Source of the DNA: a virus | Lineage: Duplodnaviria > Caudoviricetes | Virus record (IMG/VR): IMGVR_UViG_3300036985_003045 | DNA length: 64,000 nt | Reading direction: 5' to 3' (one strand) | Shown here: piece after piece, positions 54,938-64,000 of the stretch | How the letters are laid out: the number at the start of each line of letters is the position of its first letter | How positions within the stretch are numbered: position 1 is the stretch's first letter | Translations under genes and position numbers: made by a program | Notes under the pieces: model-generated | The model's database searches: none | The model's input: only the letters and a program-made list of their open reading frames with translations | Told to the model about the DNA's origin: nothing

Positions 54938-55616
54938 TGATATGCTCTTTATTGATATGATTTTCTAATTGCTTTTTATATTTATACGTTTTAGTACAAT
55001 GCGTGCAACTTAATATATCTTTTTTTAAAACACTTGTAGAACGATTATTTGTTCTTTTGTTGAGATTATTATATAATTCGTCAAGTTTTTCTGGTAGTAT
55101 ATTTGGATTATTTTTACAGTTATCAAAATGCCAAAACTTCATATTTCTAGAACCACCTAAAATATCACAATGAGGGCATTTTACAACAGAGTCTTTAACA
55201 TTAGAAAATAAAATAGATAGTTTTTCGTAGTGATCTGGTTTTGTAGCATTTAACCAATGACCTATTTTTCCTTTATTGACATTATTTTTTGATATAGCAT
55301 CTTTGGCCTTTTGAGAATGTTTAAATACTCCTTTTACCCCTTTATTTGCAGGAATGTATCCACACCCCATTCCTTTATTATATGTAGTTTTTCTATCTTT
55401 TAAAAGGGATTTAATAATAACTTGTTCAAAAATATAAGATTCTTTTGTAGAACCTTGAAATAATATAGTTCTAGTAAAATCTGACATTCTTAATTTGTAT
55501 TGTTCATTCATTTCTTTACTAGAACATATATAACCATCATCAGTTTTACCTTTATGAAATCCTACATACACTTTGGATGTCTTTAGGTCTGACCAACAAT
55601 ACACAAATGCTTCCAT
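54930..55616 (-). mobile_element. free-standing GIY-YIG homing endonuclease (Seg-like)
   Basis: AFVYCWSD..TSKVYVGFHKG..DDGYICSS; HSQKAKDAIS NUMOD-like segment; CPHC and C-terminal CTHC..H..H zinc fingers. Confidence 0.8.
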
Positions 55617-56053
55617 TATTTTTTCCTAGGATTAGTCGCTGCCATATTAATTAAAGTGACAAACCCATTATTAATAGTACACTTATCATCAGATTCTTTG
55701 GTAATATAAATTGGTACTTTCTTAATAATTTCATGGGTTTTTCCTTCAACAATTTTAACTCTATCAACATATTTAGTTACAACTTCATGACTAATCTTTT
55801 CTGCCTCAAGTTCTTTCTTAGCAATTTCTGCTTCCATCTGTTTGACTTTTAATTGCCATTCTGCTTCATTAGACATACCACCAATAAAGAATATACCTAC
55901 AACTAATAGAAATGCAGATAAAATCTGTAATCCTAATTTATACGGTAAAGGTATTAAACCACCAAATATCATAACTAAAACTGTACCTACTCCGCCAGCA
56001 AATGCTAACGCATAAAATATCCAATCAGGTAGGAAGTTTAATAATAACATCAT
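55616..56053 (-). CDS. inner-membrane spanin-like protein
   Basis: N-terminal TMs, coiled coil, VVTKYVDRVKIVE...KVPIYIT..DDKC. Confidence 0.7.
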   Translation of the reverse strand: MMLLLNFLPDWIFYALAFAGGVGTVLVMIFGGLIPLPYKLGLQILSAFLLVVGIFFIGGMSNEAEWQLKVKQMEAEIAKKELEAEKISHEVVTKYVDRVKIVEGKTHEIIKKVPIYITKESDDKCTINNGFVTLINMAATNPRKK

Positions 56054-56592
56054 AGTGTTTTTTGATTAATGTCAATAGCAATTTGTTTCATTGATTGCCT
56101 TTTTACAATAGGAGGTCTTTTCTTTCTAATAACTGGTTCTTGCGTTGATACTAGACCAGTTGTTTTATTAGTAGGCTCTGTAGAAGCAACAACCTGCCCT
56201 TGACCTACAATAGCACCATCTTCAAACATTTTTACCTGTAATGTCTCTTCGGCAAGAATAACATTAAGGTTTATAATTCTTTGTAATTCTTGTTCTGAAA
56301 TAGTTTCCAATTCAGATTTAGAATTCCATTGTTCTTTGATTAAAAACAAGGCAGCTACTATATTTTTTAATTTAGTATCTCCACCCGGTAGTTTATTTAT
56401 CAATTTTTTCATATTGAATGTCAATCGACTTAGGTAATCGTAAGAATCCTTTTCTTGTTCAGTTTTAGGATCTCTTATTTTTTTACCTGTTTTATCGATT
56501 ATACCAAACTTGAATGCTTCTGTTTCAGGAAATGGTTTAACGAGCATCGAGAGGACTCTGAATGCTATAAGATTATCAACTATGCGTGACAT
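56050..56592 (-). CDS. conserved T4-like hypothetical protein
   Basis: KPFPETEAFKFGIIDKTG...RLTFNMKKL..KLPGG. Confidence 0.75.
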   Translation of the reverse strand: MSRIVDNLIAFRVLSMLVKPFPETEAFKFGIIDKTGKKIRDPKTEQEKDSYDYLSRLTFNMKKLINKLPGGDTKLKNIVAALFLIKEQWNSKSELETISEQELQRIINLNVILAEETLQVKMFEDGAIVGQGQVVASTEPTNKTTGLVSTQEPVIRKKRPPIVKRQSMKQIAIDINQKTL

Positions 56593-56972
56593 TAAATTTT
56601 CCTTAGGTTTGAAACAATATAATCATCAAGTAAATAATCAGATGTGATAATACCATATTGAGGTAATGTATCAGGCATCCTATTTAAATAAATTAGGAAT
56701 GTAATCAATATATTCCAATATTCGTTATCTATTTTATAAAATAATATATTTACTGTAGCATCATTAAATAAATTAAATAGAACGATAAAATGGTTTAATA
56801 TTAATCGTTCTCTTAATTCATCTTTATTATTAATATATCTTGTCAATAATTTCTGAAGATATAAAACCCTATTCAAATCCTCTTCAAATTCCTTTAAGGA
56901 AGTACATTGAGGATTATCATAATGTTTCATACAATAAAGTATAAAATTATCTTTATTTAATATTTCAATCAT
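56592..56972 (-). CDS. conserved T4-like hypothetical protein
   Basis: KHYDNPQC...EFEEDL...RERLILNH. Confidence 0.75.
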   Translation of the reverse strand: MIEILNKDNFILYCMKHYDNPQCTSLKEFEEDLNRVLYLQKLLTRYINNKDELRERLILNHFIVLFNLFNDATVNILFYKIDNEYWNILITFLIYLNRMPDTLPQYGIITSDYLLDDYIVSNLRKI

Positions 56973-56975
56973 AAT

Positions 56976-56997
56976 AAAAGGGGAGCCTTAACTCCCC
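56976..56997 (-). terminator. rho-independent terminator
   Basis: ggggag/ctcccc hairpin followed by TTTT on the minus strand. Confidence 0.7.
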
Positions 56998-57005
56998 AAT
57001 ATTAA

Positions 57006-57800
57006 TTATGCAGTAACAGTCAATGTTTTAGGTGTAGATGTTTTGCTTGTGCAACCATCAGAACTAATTACACAACGGAATCTATAACCATCATATCCTG
57101 TGACATCACTAATTGATAATGTTGCTAAAGTTACATCGGAGAATACGCCTGAATTACTTAAATCAGCATAAGTGGGGAAAGCATCTGTAGCAGTTTGCCA
57201 TTTATATGACAATGTAGTTCCACCAACTAGTGTAGCAGCAACTACAAATGTTGTTGGTAAACCTGCAGCAATAGTTCTATTAGAACCTTGTGAAGTAATA
57301 GTAATTGTACCGTCAACAACAGTTGCATCATCAGCAGCATCACTTGATACAGCAGGTAATACAGAAAATGCAACTAAATGCTCAGCTTTATTACGAACTT
57401 GACCTTGAGCATCAGTATATGTTTTGTAGAACCACCAACCTGGTTCATTTAAACCTTTAACAATGTTTTCTTCTTGTTGAGCTTCTACTTGATCTAAAAA
57501 GAATACATATTGTAAATCTTGTTGAAGAATATACTTAGGAATATCTGCACCTTTAAGATTAGTATTTAATACTGTAGCAGTAGAACCTGCAAAGTTAACA
57601 ACTAAAGTTAATACTGTGGCTGAATTAATTTTAAAAATTTTATACTTAACACCGGTAATAACAATTGTATCACCTTCTTGAAAGTCTGTTAAGAATGTAG
57701 TATCTGTAGCACCATTGCTAGTAACAGTAGGTGAACCATTTACTACACTAACGCTTGTACCTGTGATTGAGAATGAATCTCTATTGCCCCAAAGTGCCAT
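57006..57800 (-). CDS. virion structural protein with C-terminal Ig-like domain
   Basis: MALWG start; C-terminal LSYKWQ...YRFRCVIS Ig-type pattern; late promoter upstream. Confidence 0.75.
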   Translation of the reverse strand: MALWGNRDSFSITGTSVSVVNGSPTVTSNGATDTTFLTDFQEGDTIVITGVKYKIFKINSATVLTLVVNFAGSTATVLNTNLKGADIPKYILQQDLQYVFFLDQVEAQQEENIVKGLNEPGWWFYKTYTDAQGQVRNKAEHLVAFSVLPAVSSDAADDATVVDGTITITSQGSNRTIAAGLPTTFVVAATLVGGTTLSYKWQTATDAFPTYADLSNSGVFSDVTLATLSISDVTGYDGYRFRCVISSDGCTSKTSTPKTLTVTA

Positions 57801-57829
57801 TTCTTTATTCCTTATTTAAGTTTATTAGT

Positions 57830-57837
57830 TATTTATA
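57830..57837 (-). promoter_or_regulatory. late promoter TATAAATA
   Basis: plus strand tatttata. Confidence 0.8.
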
Positions 57838-57841
57838 ATGA

Positions 57842-59908
57842 TTAGTTTACATACATATTCAGTTCATTATTCTTTGGTATTGTATTACCTCGGTTATAAA
57901 CTTGAATATGCGCTACTTTTTTAGATTTTACACCATCTTTATGTAATGGTACATGTAGTTGAACAGTTTTACCCTCAGATGGCTTAGATGGACCATGACT
58001 GATATGTTGTTGCCAATCATCAGGATGAATGTCATAACCTTGTTTGTTTAGATGTTTCTCAGCGTGTTGAAGTGCAGCAGAGTAACCAGTATGGTAAACT
58101 TCCATTGGTTCTTTCTTTGCTTCTTCTAATTCAATAGATTCTCTGGTCAATTTATTGATCGCTTTCTCTGTATTTCTTTCTCTCTTGACTGCCTTTTCGC
58201 CAGCATCGATTCTTTTGTCAACACCTGATCCTGGAACATTTTTGACCGAAGGATCACCAGCAATTCTGGTTTTATGGGCAGCATCTACTATTGATTTTTT
58301 GATATACGAACCTAGAGTTTTTTTGCTCAATTCTTCTAACTCTTCAACTTCTTCTTTAACATCAGGCATCTTTTGAGCAATTTTTGTAGCAGTTGCATAC
58401 ATAACACCTTTTGCCTTTTCGCCATACTTATCTTTGAAAGATTGGATGTTTTTCTTCATGCCCTTTACAACTTTTTCTTTTTGCTTAACATCTGTATCTG
58501 TTAATTCTTTTTCGTCAAGTTCAACTGATTCTTTGACTTTACCTCTTGGACCTCGAGTAATAACCTTTGCTCCAGGATGTTTTTCATCACGGTCTTTTTC
58601 AGCCTTAGCTTTATCATAGTAAGCAGCCAAACTTAATGGTTTGTTTTCTTTATCAACAATATGATGAGTGTCTGGTCTAGGTTGCTTTTTACCAATATTC
58701 ATTTCATCCAATTCAACTTCTTCTTTAGCAAGAATCTTACTAACTCTTTGAGAGTTTTGAGCTTTAGTTATATTCAATTTCAAATCAGCATTATGGTCAA
58801 CAGGTTTTTTTGTTGCTGCGTTAGCTTTACGTTTTGCTACCAAAGCATCCCATGCATCACCATTTTCTTCTAATTGTTCTTCAACTTCTTCTTTAAGATG
58901 ACCCGCAGCACTAGCGTCTCTATAAATCTTACGTCCATGGGACATACTAGTAATTTTAGAAATAGGATACTTTGAATGATGTTCAGGTTTAATTAAATCT
59001 TTGATTTGAGATTTTGCTACATCAATTTCTTCAGAAGACTTAACCTTTGAATCACCGTGTGAACTTAATTTATTAAAAGCCAGTGCTCTACCAGCTTGTC
59101 TTTTAAATCCAGGTTCATCAAATGATTTCTTACGGTAACTATCTAAAGTAGCTATAGAAACTTCATCTAAGTCTTCAACTGATTCTTTAGTCAATTTGGC
59201 AACTGCTTTTGAAATGCCTTTTTGTCTTTTGTCTATCTTTGATCCATGATACTCAGCATTTTTAATGTTAAAGTTTCCTACAGAACCCATCAAATTAGTG
59301 CCATGTGATGCAAGTTTACCAGATGCTTTATTGACATAAGAACCTAAAGTCTTTTTAGATAATTCATCTATTTGCTCAACTGATTCTTTAATACCATATA
59401 ATCCTAATCGCTTCTTTTCTGTTGCAATTCTTTGATTAATTTTATTTCTATCAAGATTAGGATTTGGGTTAGTTAATTCATTTTGTAATCGCTTTATTGC
59501 CCCTTTTATTGCTTCTATATCTTTTTTATCACTGGCAGTTAATGCTTCTTCTAACTCAACTTCTTCACTATAAGAACGATTAGACTTTTTATCATAATCA
59601 CCTAACTTATACTTGTCACTTGAAGTTCCAAGTGCGGGTGGATTAGGATTAGTTTCTTTTCTTTTAGCAATTAAAGCATCTCTTGCTGCTTTTTGATCAG
59701 CAACCGAACCTCTTGCCTTAGCACCTTTAATGAAAGATAGATCCATTTCTTCTAAGTCTTCTTTCATTGAACAATCTTCTTTAGTTGATTGTTTTTTCTT
59801 TCTTAATAACTTAAAATCATCAGCATCAAGTTTGCCATTGTAATTAGCATCTAATTTTTTATGATTAGAATGCACAAACCCTTCTTTGAATTCTTTATAA
59901 CTTTTCAT
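57842..59908 (-). CDS. large charged internal head / prohead-core-like protein with EVELDE repeats
   Basis: MKSYKEF start; many E(E/S)VE(L/Q)(D/E)E motifs. Confidence 0.7.
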   Translation of the reverse strand: MKSYKEFKEGFVHSNHKKLDANYNGKLDADDFKLLRKKKQSTKEDCSMKEDLEEMDLSFIKGAKARGSVADQKAARDALIAKRKETNPNPPALGTSSDKYKLGDYDKKSNRSYSEEVELEEALTASDKKDIEAIKGAIKRLQNELTNPNPNLDRNKINQRIATEKKRLGLYGIKESVEQIDELSKKTLGSYVNKASGKLASHGTNLMGSVGNFNIKNAEYHGSKIDKRQKGISKAVAKLTKESVEDLDEVSIATLDSYRKKSFDEPGFKRQAGRALAFNKLSSHGDSKVKSSEEIDVAKSQIKDLIKPEHHSKYPISKITSMSHGRKIYRDASAAGHLKEEVEEQLEENGDAWDALVAKRKANAATKKPVDHNADLKLNITKAQNSQRVSKILAKEEVELDEMNIGKKQPRPDTHHIVDKENKPLSLAAYYDKAKAEKDRDEKHPGAKVITRGPRGKVKESVELDEKELTDTDVKQKEKVVKGMKKNIQSFKDKYGEKAKGVMYATATKIAQKMPDVKEEVEELEELSKKTLGSYIKKSIVDAAHKTRIAGDPSVKNVPGSGVDKRIDAGEKAVKRERNTEKAINKLTRESIELEEAKKEPMEVYHTGYSAALQHAEKHLNKQGYDIHPDDWQQHISHGPSKPSEGKTVQLHVPLHKDGVKSKKVAHIQVYNRGNTIPKNNELNMYVN

Positions 59909-59914
59909 TTATTA

Positions 59915-60088
59915 TTACCTTTTTGGTTCGTCAGACTGACTGGGTTCACCGCCAGATCTGCTATTTTTAAAATCTACCATATGTGGATGTATTTTTCTAG
60001 AACGAGTAACCCCATTATGATCCACATATTTTTTAACTTTAATATCTGATGTTGCAATATCTTCAAGCAACTCTTTATAAGTCTTCAT
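59915..60088 (-). CDS. small putative internal head protein (57 aa, not in track)
   Basis: MKTYKELLEDIATSDIKVKKY...; fills the gap between dps and the large internal protein. Confidence 0.65.
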   Translation of the reverse strand: MKTYKELLEDIATSDIKVKKYVDHNGVTRSRKIHPHMVDFKNSRSGGEPSQSDEPKR

Positions 60089-60089
60089 A

Positions 60090-60527
60090 TTACTTTGCTA
60101 ATGCTTTTAATTGCCATCCATGTTTTGCATGGACATCTAAACGATCTGCAAGAAAATTACATAGTCCTTGCTTTTTAGAATATGTTGCAATGTCAAATGC
60201 TTTATTTAGACTTTCGATAACTGCATCGTTAGCATCAATAAGATTTAAAAACATTTGCTTTGTTAATACTACTCTTGAAGAGTCATCTGCTGCAGTTTTA
60301 GCATCATAAAGATCGGCAAGACCAACGGGTGCATATTGATCAATAGCACGAATCTGTTCTGCCATAGGATCTACTGCATCATGCAATTCTTCATACAATC
60401 CACCGAAATAACCATGGTAATCACTGAAGTTAGGTCCTTCTATATTCCAATGATATGAATGTGCCTTAAAGTACATTACAAAAGTATTTGCCATAGCAAT
60501 TTTCAATGCTGCTGATAATTCATTCAT
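60090..60527 (-). CDS. dps: Dps/ferritin-like protein
   Basis: YFKAHSYHWNIEGPNF..YH..F..LYEE....VD.MAEQIR; H.KH.WQL end. Confidence 0.92.
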   Translation of the reverse strand: MNELSAALKIAMANTFVMYFKAHSYHWNIEGPNFSDYHGYFGGLYEELHDAVDPMAEQIRAIDQYAPVGLADLYDAKTAADDSSRVVLTKQMFLNLIDANDAVIESLNKAFDIATYSKKQGLCNFLADRLDVHAKHGWQLKALAK

Positions 60528-60529
60528 TA

Positions 60530-62764
60530 TTATTTCCTAGTAAAGTTTTTATGTGATAATCTTTCTTTTTCAGTTTGACGAACTCTAGATGTAAGTTTCA
60601 TAGCCATACGACTTAAAACAGGTTTTTTCTTTTCTATAATTCTATCAATTCTTTCTCTTTCAGATGTAGCCAAAGTAGAAGAATCTCGACCTTTTAGTAA
60701 TTTTTTACGCATTAAACTAATTGCAAGGTGACGTGCTCTTTTATTTATCTTTTTTGAATCTGAATGCTTCTTCAAAGCTAACATTCTTGCACGATCAATT
60801 TTAGCTCTATTCTTGGAAAATCTTAATCTTGCTTTCATTCTTTCAATTTTAGAAAGAACTTCCAGTAAAGTTTCTTCTTTAATTGGTTTATCTTCTTCAT
60901 CTGGTTCGCCCGTTTCAGCATCAACAACTTGAAACTCGTCATCATCATAAGCATCAAGAATATCTTCATGCTCTAATGAACCAATCATTTTATCTATTTC
61001 TTCATCTGATTCTTCTTCATCATGTTCACCACATTCTTCTTCATTCATATACTTGACTTTCATTCTGTCAATAGTATCTGAACCTTTTGGTCCAGAAGTT
61101 AGATGAGCTCCAACGTGAGTAATTTCAGATTGACCAACTCCATGTGGAGGAGTGCCTAAAGTTGCATGTCCAGTTGCAGCAAGATTTTCAATCTTTTCTA
61201 CATCATCCTTTGGTAATGGTTTGCCTTTAACAAATGCTTTTGCTTCATTAACCCAAGCAGTATCAATAGGGTTAGGGAAACGTCTTCCATAACGTTCTGC
61301 CCTCTCAGTAGCTAATTGAAATTGTTCTTCAGTTAGATTACTTTTTGAGATATTTTTAATTGCTTTCTTATCATAGTTAATACCAACTTCATCGGCAAGT
61401 TTTAACATTTTAGAAACTATTTTCAAAGAATCTTTATTCAATGTTTTAGTTTTACGTAATGCACTGTTTACCAATACTTCAGCATTACTTGATTTCTCAG
61501 CATCGTCAAACCCTAGAATAGTTGCAATCATTCTAGCAACTTTAAGTTTGTCATTAGTTTTTAATGTTTTGTCTGTTAATTCTTCAGTCATACCATTTGC
61601 CGTTGATGCTCTAAATTGATTAATCATTAGTTCTATTTCAGTTCCATGCATATGCCAATAGTCTAAATGGTGTAGGAAATCTCCATTTCTTTCCAATGCT
61701 TGTTTAGCTCTTAAATGAGCATCTTCCCATTGGTTTAAATCTTTTTCATCAGGAACCTGTTCTTGTTCAAGGTGTTTATCATTAATACCCATATAGATAT
61801 CTGTTGCTTTCAAAGCATTTAAAACAGATACTGGATCATGATCACCGGATATTTTTATAGTTTGTATGAATGCTCTAATAGCATCTTCTGAATGATGAAG
61901 ATTTTTTGTTGTATAACCTTTGAACGTGATTTCAGAAGGTATAGTTCCAGGTTGAATATCTTCAAATAAAGTTTGTTCTGACATTACTACGTCCTGTATC
62001 CATTTTTTACTAGTTTCACCAATTGAGTTTACAACAGTAAGATAATTACTGCCTCTGTCTAATATCTCAAATGGTTCGTTATTTGATTCTACAATATCGC
62101 CAATATTGAATATTTCTTTTTTAAAATATTTTTCTCTGAGTTCATCAACATTTAATTTAATTTGTTCTTTAATAATGTCAAGACCCATTCCTTGTCTAAC
62201 ATCATTCATTAATCGTTTAGCATCAATATCACGTAGTGTGGATGGTAAACCTTTCTTAAAACTTTGATAATCACCTTCAGAAGCTGCCGATCTCATCTTA
62301 GTACCAGACATACCGGAAGCATCATCAGCATCTGGATCTCTTTCGCCGGCTGAAATTACTTGAATAGAATCATAATTGTATTCTTTACCATTATACTGGT
62401 TAAGTAATCTTTCAAAGTCTGAAATGCGATCAGAACCTGCAATCATGACAAGATTTTTATATTTAGAGTTTAATGCTTTCGCAACCTCTATGAAAGTGCG
62501 CTCTGTATCAGTTGCAGGTTTGAAATTGGTATGTGGAAACATTAGATTCAAATAATGAACCTTTTTATCCACAGATAAAGGATTCTTCTTTTTATCTTGA
62601 GTTCTTGAAGCATAGATTGCATAATCTGCTTTATTAGCAGTCGCAATCTTCTTAACTACATTAATAAGTAGTCCATGCCCCGTGGTCGGAGGAGAAAATC
62701 TGCCAAAAGCAAATACAATTGTTTTGGCAGGCATTTCCTTTAGGAATTGTCTATACTGTTTCAT
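60530..62764 (-). CDS. cytidyltransferase-like (HIGH-superfamily) protein with long C-terminal extension
   Basis: FAFGRFSPPTTGH, KKNPL, MIAGSDR, SAGERDPD, MSGTKMR. Confidence 0.85.
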   Translation of the reverse strand: MKQYRQFLKEMPAKTIVFAFGRFSPPTTGHGLLINVVKKIATANKADYAIYASRTQDKKKNPLSVDKKVHYLNLMFPHTNFKPATDTERTFIEVAKALNSKYKNLVMIAGSDRISDFERLLNQYNGKEYNYDSIQVISAGERDPDADDASGMSGTKMRSAASEGDYQSFKKGLPSTLRDIDAKRLMNDVRQGMGLDIIKEQIKLNVDELREKYFKKEIFNIGDIVESNNEPFEILDRGSNYLTVVNSIGETSKKWIQDVVMSEQTLFEDIQPGTIPSEITFKGYTTKNLHHSEDAIRAFIQTIKISGDHDPVSVLNALKATDIYMGINDKHLEQEQVPDEKDLNQWEDAHLRAKQALERNGDFLHHLDYWHMHGTEIELMINQFRASTANGMTEELTDKTLKTNDKLKVARMIATILGFDDAEKSSNAEVLVNSALRKTKTLNKDSLKIVSKMLKLADEVGINYDKKAIKNISKSNLTEEQFQLATERAERYGRRFPNPIDTAWVNEAKAFVKGKPLPKDDVEKIENLAATGHATLGTPPHGVGQSEITHVGAHLTSGPKGSDTIDRMKVKYMNEEECGEHDEEESDEEIDKMIGSLEHEDILDAYDDDEFQVVDAETGEPDEEDKPIKEETLLEVLSKIERMKARLRFSKNRAKIDRARMLALKKHSDSKKINKRARHLAISLMRKKLLKGRDSSTLATSERERIDRIIEKKKPVLSRMAMKLTSRVRQTEKERLSHKNFTRK

Positions 62765-62794
62765 TTGGTCCCATCTATAAAATAAACTGTATAG

Positions 62795-62802
62795 TATTTA
62801 TA
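62795..62802 (-). promoter_or_regulatory. late promoter TATAAATA
   Basis: plus strand tatttata about 30 nt upstream of the ATG at 62764. Confidence 0.8.
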
Positions 62803-62821
62803 CTTTTTAAAACTTCAATTA

Positions 62822-64000
62822 TTAAATATGTTCTTGCCAAGTTACTACACCTACAGCATCATCATTATTGGTAGTAGATATAGCAGCTAGACACCAAATA
62901 TCACTGACTCCACCTATGGTACGACCAATCTGTTGGCTAAAATCTACATCATTGGAAGTAATAGATGCTGAACCACCTTTGTTAGATCCTGCAAAAATTC
63001 CTTGGTCAATAACCGTTCCGCCAGATAATGCGGTGGCAGAAAGGTCATACTGTACTGAACTATTAGCACCAGATGAAACCCAACTAGCACCAGTTAATGT
63101 CGGGTTTATTATAATGCGATAACCAAATGCTGCTAATTGTAATCCAAAAATATCAAATTTAACAGGAACAACTACTGATTCAATATTGGCAGAATTTAGT
63201 CTAATACATACTAAAGGTCTATACACATTATTACTTAAATCTTTACCAGTTAAACCAGTTCCAATACTTCGAGTAATACTACGATTCATATATCCACCTT
63301 CAGACATAACAGTAGAACATATTGCTCTCATAGTGCCAGCAGGTCCAGTGCTTGTTAATTCATATCTAACTGGCAACGTTGCAGTAGTCATATAAACCTT
63401 GTTTAGGGTATTAGCATGGTGGAATGTATGACAAACTATAAATTGTCCATCAATAACAAATCCACAACGAACAGACCCCACACCAAGCCATTCAATATCG
63501 CACCAAAAAATTTGTGCTTTAGACACATCTAAAGTTATACCACTAGCACCTGTGCCATTAAGTTTATCACCATTCCAGTTTGCTTGGGCAAACTTTTCTG
63601 ATGTATCGTCTACTGCTCCAGATGTATATTTTCTTATGACCATATTTACAGTTGTGCCATCTACTTCAAAGTAAACACCATTTTGAGCACCGAACAATCC
63701 AACACGTTGACGCAATCCCGCTGTTGGTGCAGTCATTACAAAAGTTGCTAGTGTTAATAGACTTTTTCCAGGCTGATAAGCAAATACGGATTTTGTCTGT
63801 CTAGTAGATGAATCACCATTACCAGATACTGACATTAAAACTGAACTCTCATTTACAAGAAATGTTGATGTCGCTGCGCCAGTATCTACTTGATCCCACT
63901 TAAATGGATCGTCTCGATATCTTTGAGCTCCATCAAATAGTGTATGTGGATTACTTACTCTTAATCTACCAAAAGCATCAGACTGAGTTGGGTGAAAGAA
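62822..64000 (-). CDS. virion structural protein, 5'-truncated by the window edge
   Basis: frame stays open upstream of 63835 (…SDAFGRLRVSNPHTLFD…) to the window end; beta-rich; YQPGKS and WLGVGSVRCG motifs. Confidence 0.75.
   Translation of the reverse strand, partial: FFHPTQSDAFGRLRVSNPHTLFDGAQRYRDDPFKWDQVDTGAATSTFLVNESSVLMSVSGNGDSSTRQTKSVFAYQPGKSLLTLATFVMTAPTAGLRQRVGLFGAQNGVYFEVDGTTVNMVIRKYTSGAVDDTSEKFAQANWNGDKLNGTGASGITLDVSKAQIFWCDIEWLGVGSVRCGFVIDGQFIVCHTFHHANTLNKVYMTTATLPVRYELTSTGPAGTMRAICSTVMSEGGYMNRSITRSIGTGLTGKDLSNNVYRPLVCIRLNSANIESVVVPVKFDIFGLQLAAFGYRIIINPTLTGASWVSSGANSSVQYDLSATALSGGTVIDQGIFAGSNKGGSASITSNDVDFSQQIGRTIGGVSDIWCLAAISTTNNDDAVGVVTWQEHI

Noticed and set aside
232-63395. 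Many short plus-strand ORFs in the track overlapping minus-strand genes (for example 7484, 8360, 26917, 50471, 57172)
   Set aside because: They are antisense shadows of well-supported genes and lack RBS or recognisable motifs.
1-64000. Alternative genetic code or stop-codon recoding
   Set aside because: Conserved genes are full length under code 11, and no suppressor tRNA is among the six found.

Overview
A 64 kb, strongly AT-rich fragment of a lytic T4-like myovirus. The assignment rests on TATAAATA late promoters, T4-type RNase H, DsbA and a primase Zn-binding domain, NrdA/NrdB, and internal head proteins with capsid-targeting-like N-termini. Almost all genes are on the minus strand, many in early units driven by a repeated sigma70-type promoter. 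Only two islands are on the plus strand, both behind a late promoter: a curli-like operon (three small membrane paralogs, csgF, csgG, curlin-repeat protein, FecR protein, 3TM holin) and a long tail fibre with an S74 chaperone. The curli operon converges on a CHASE2 adenylate cyclase and a GH19 endolysin. Other notable content: both thyA and thyX; a plcP/agt-like lipid-remodelling pair; two alternative adhesin cassettes flanking the tail fibre, each ending in a duplicated 44-aa peptide gene; six tRNAs with structured spacers; Dps; GroES; and extensive intragenomic paralogy between about 10-14.5 kb and 28-39 kb. All functional calls come from motif recognition by eye; no database searches or folding programs were run.
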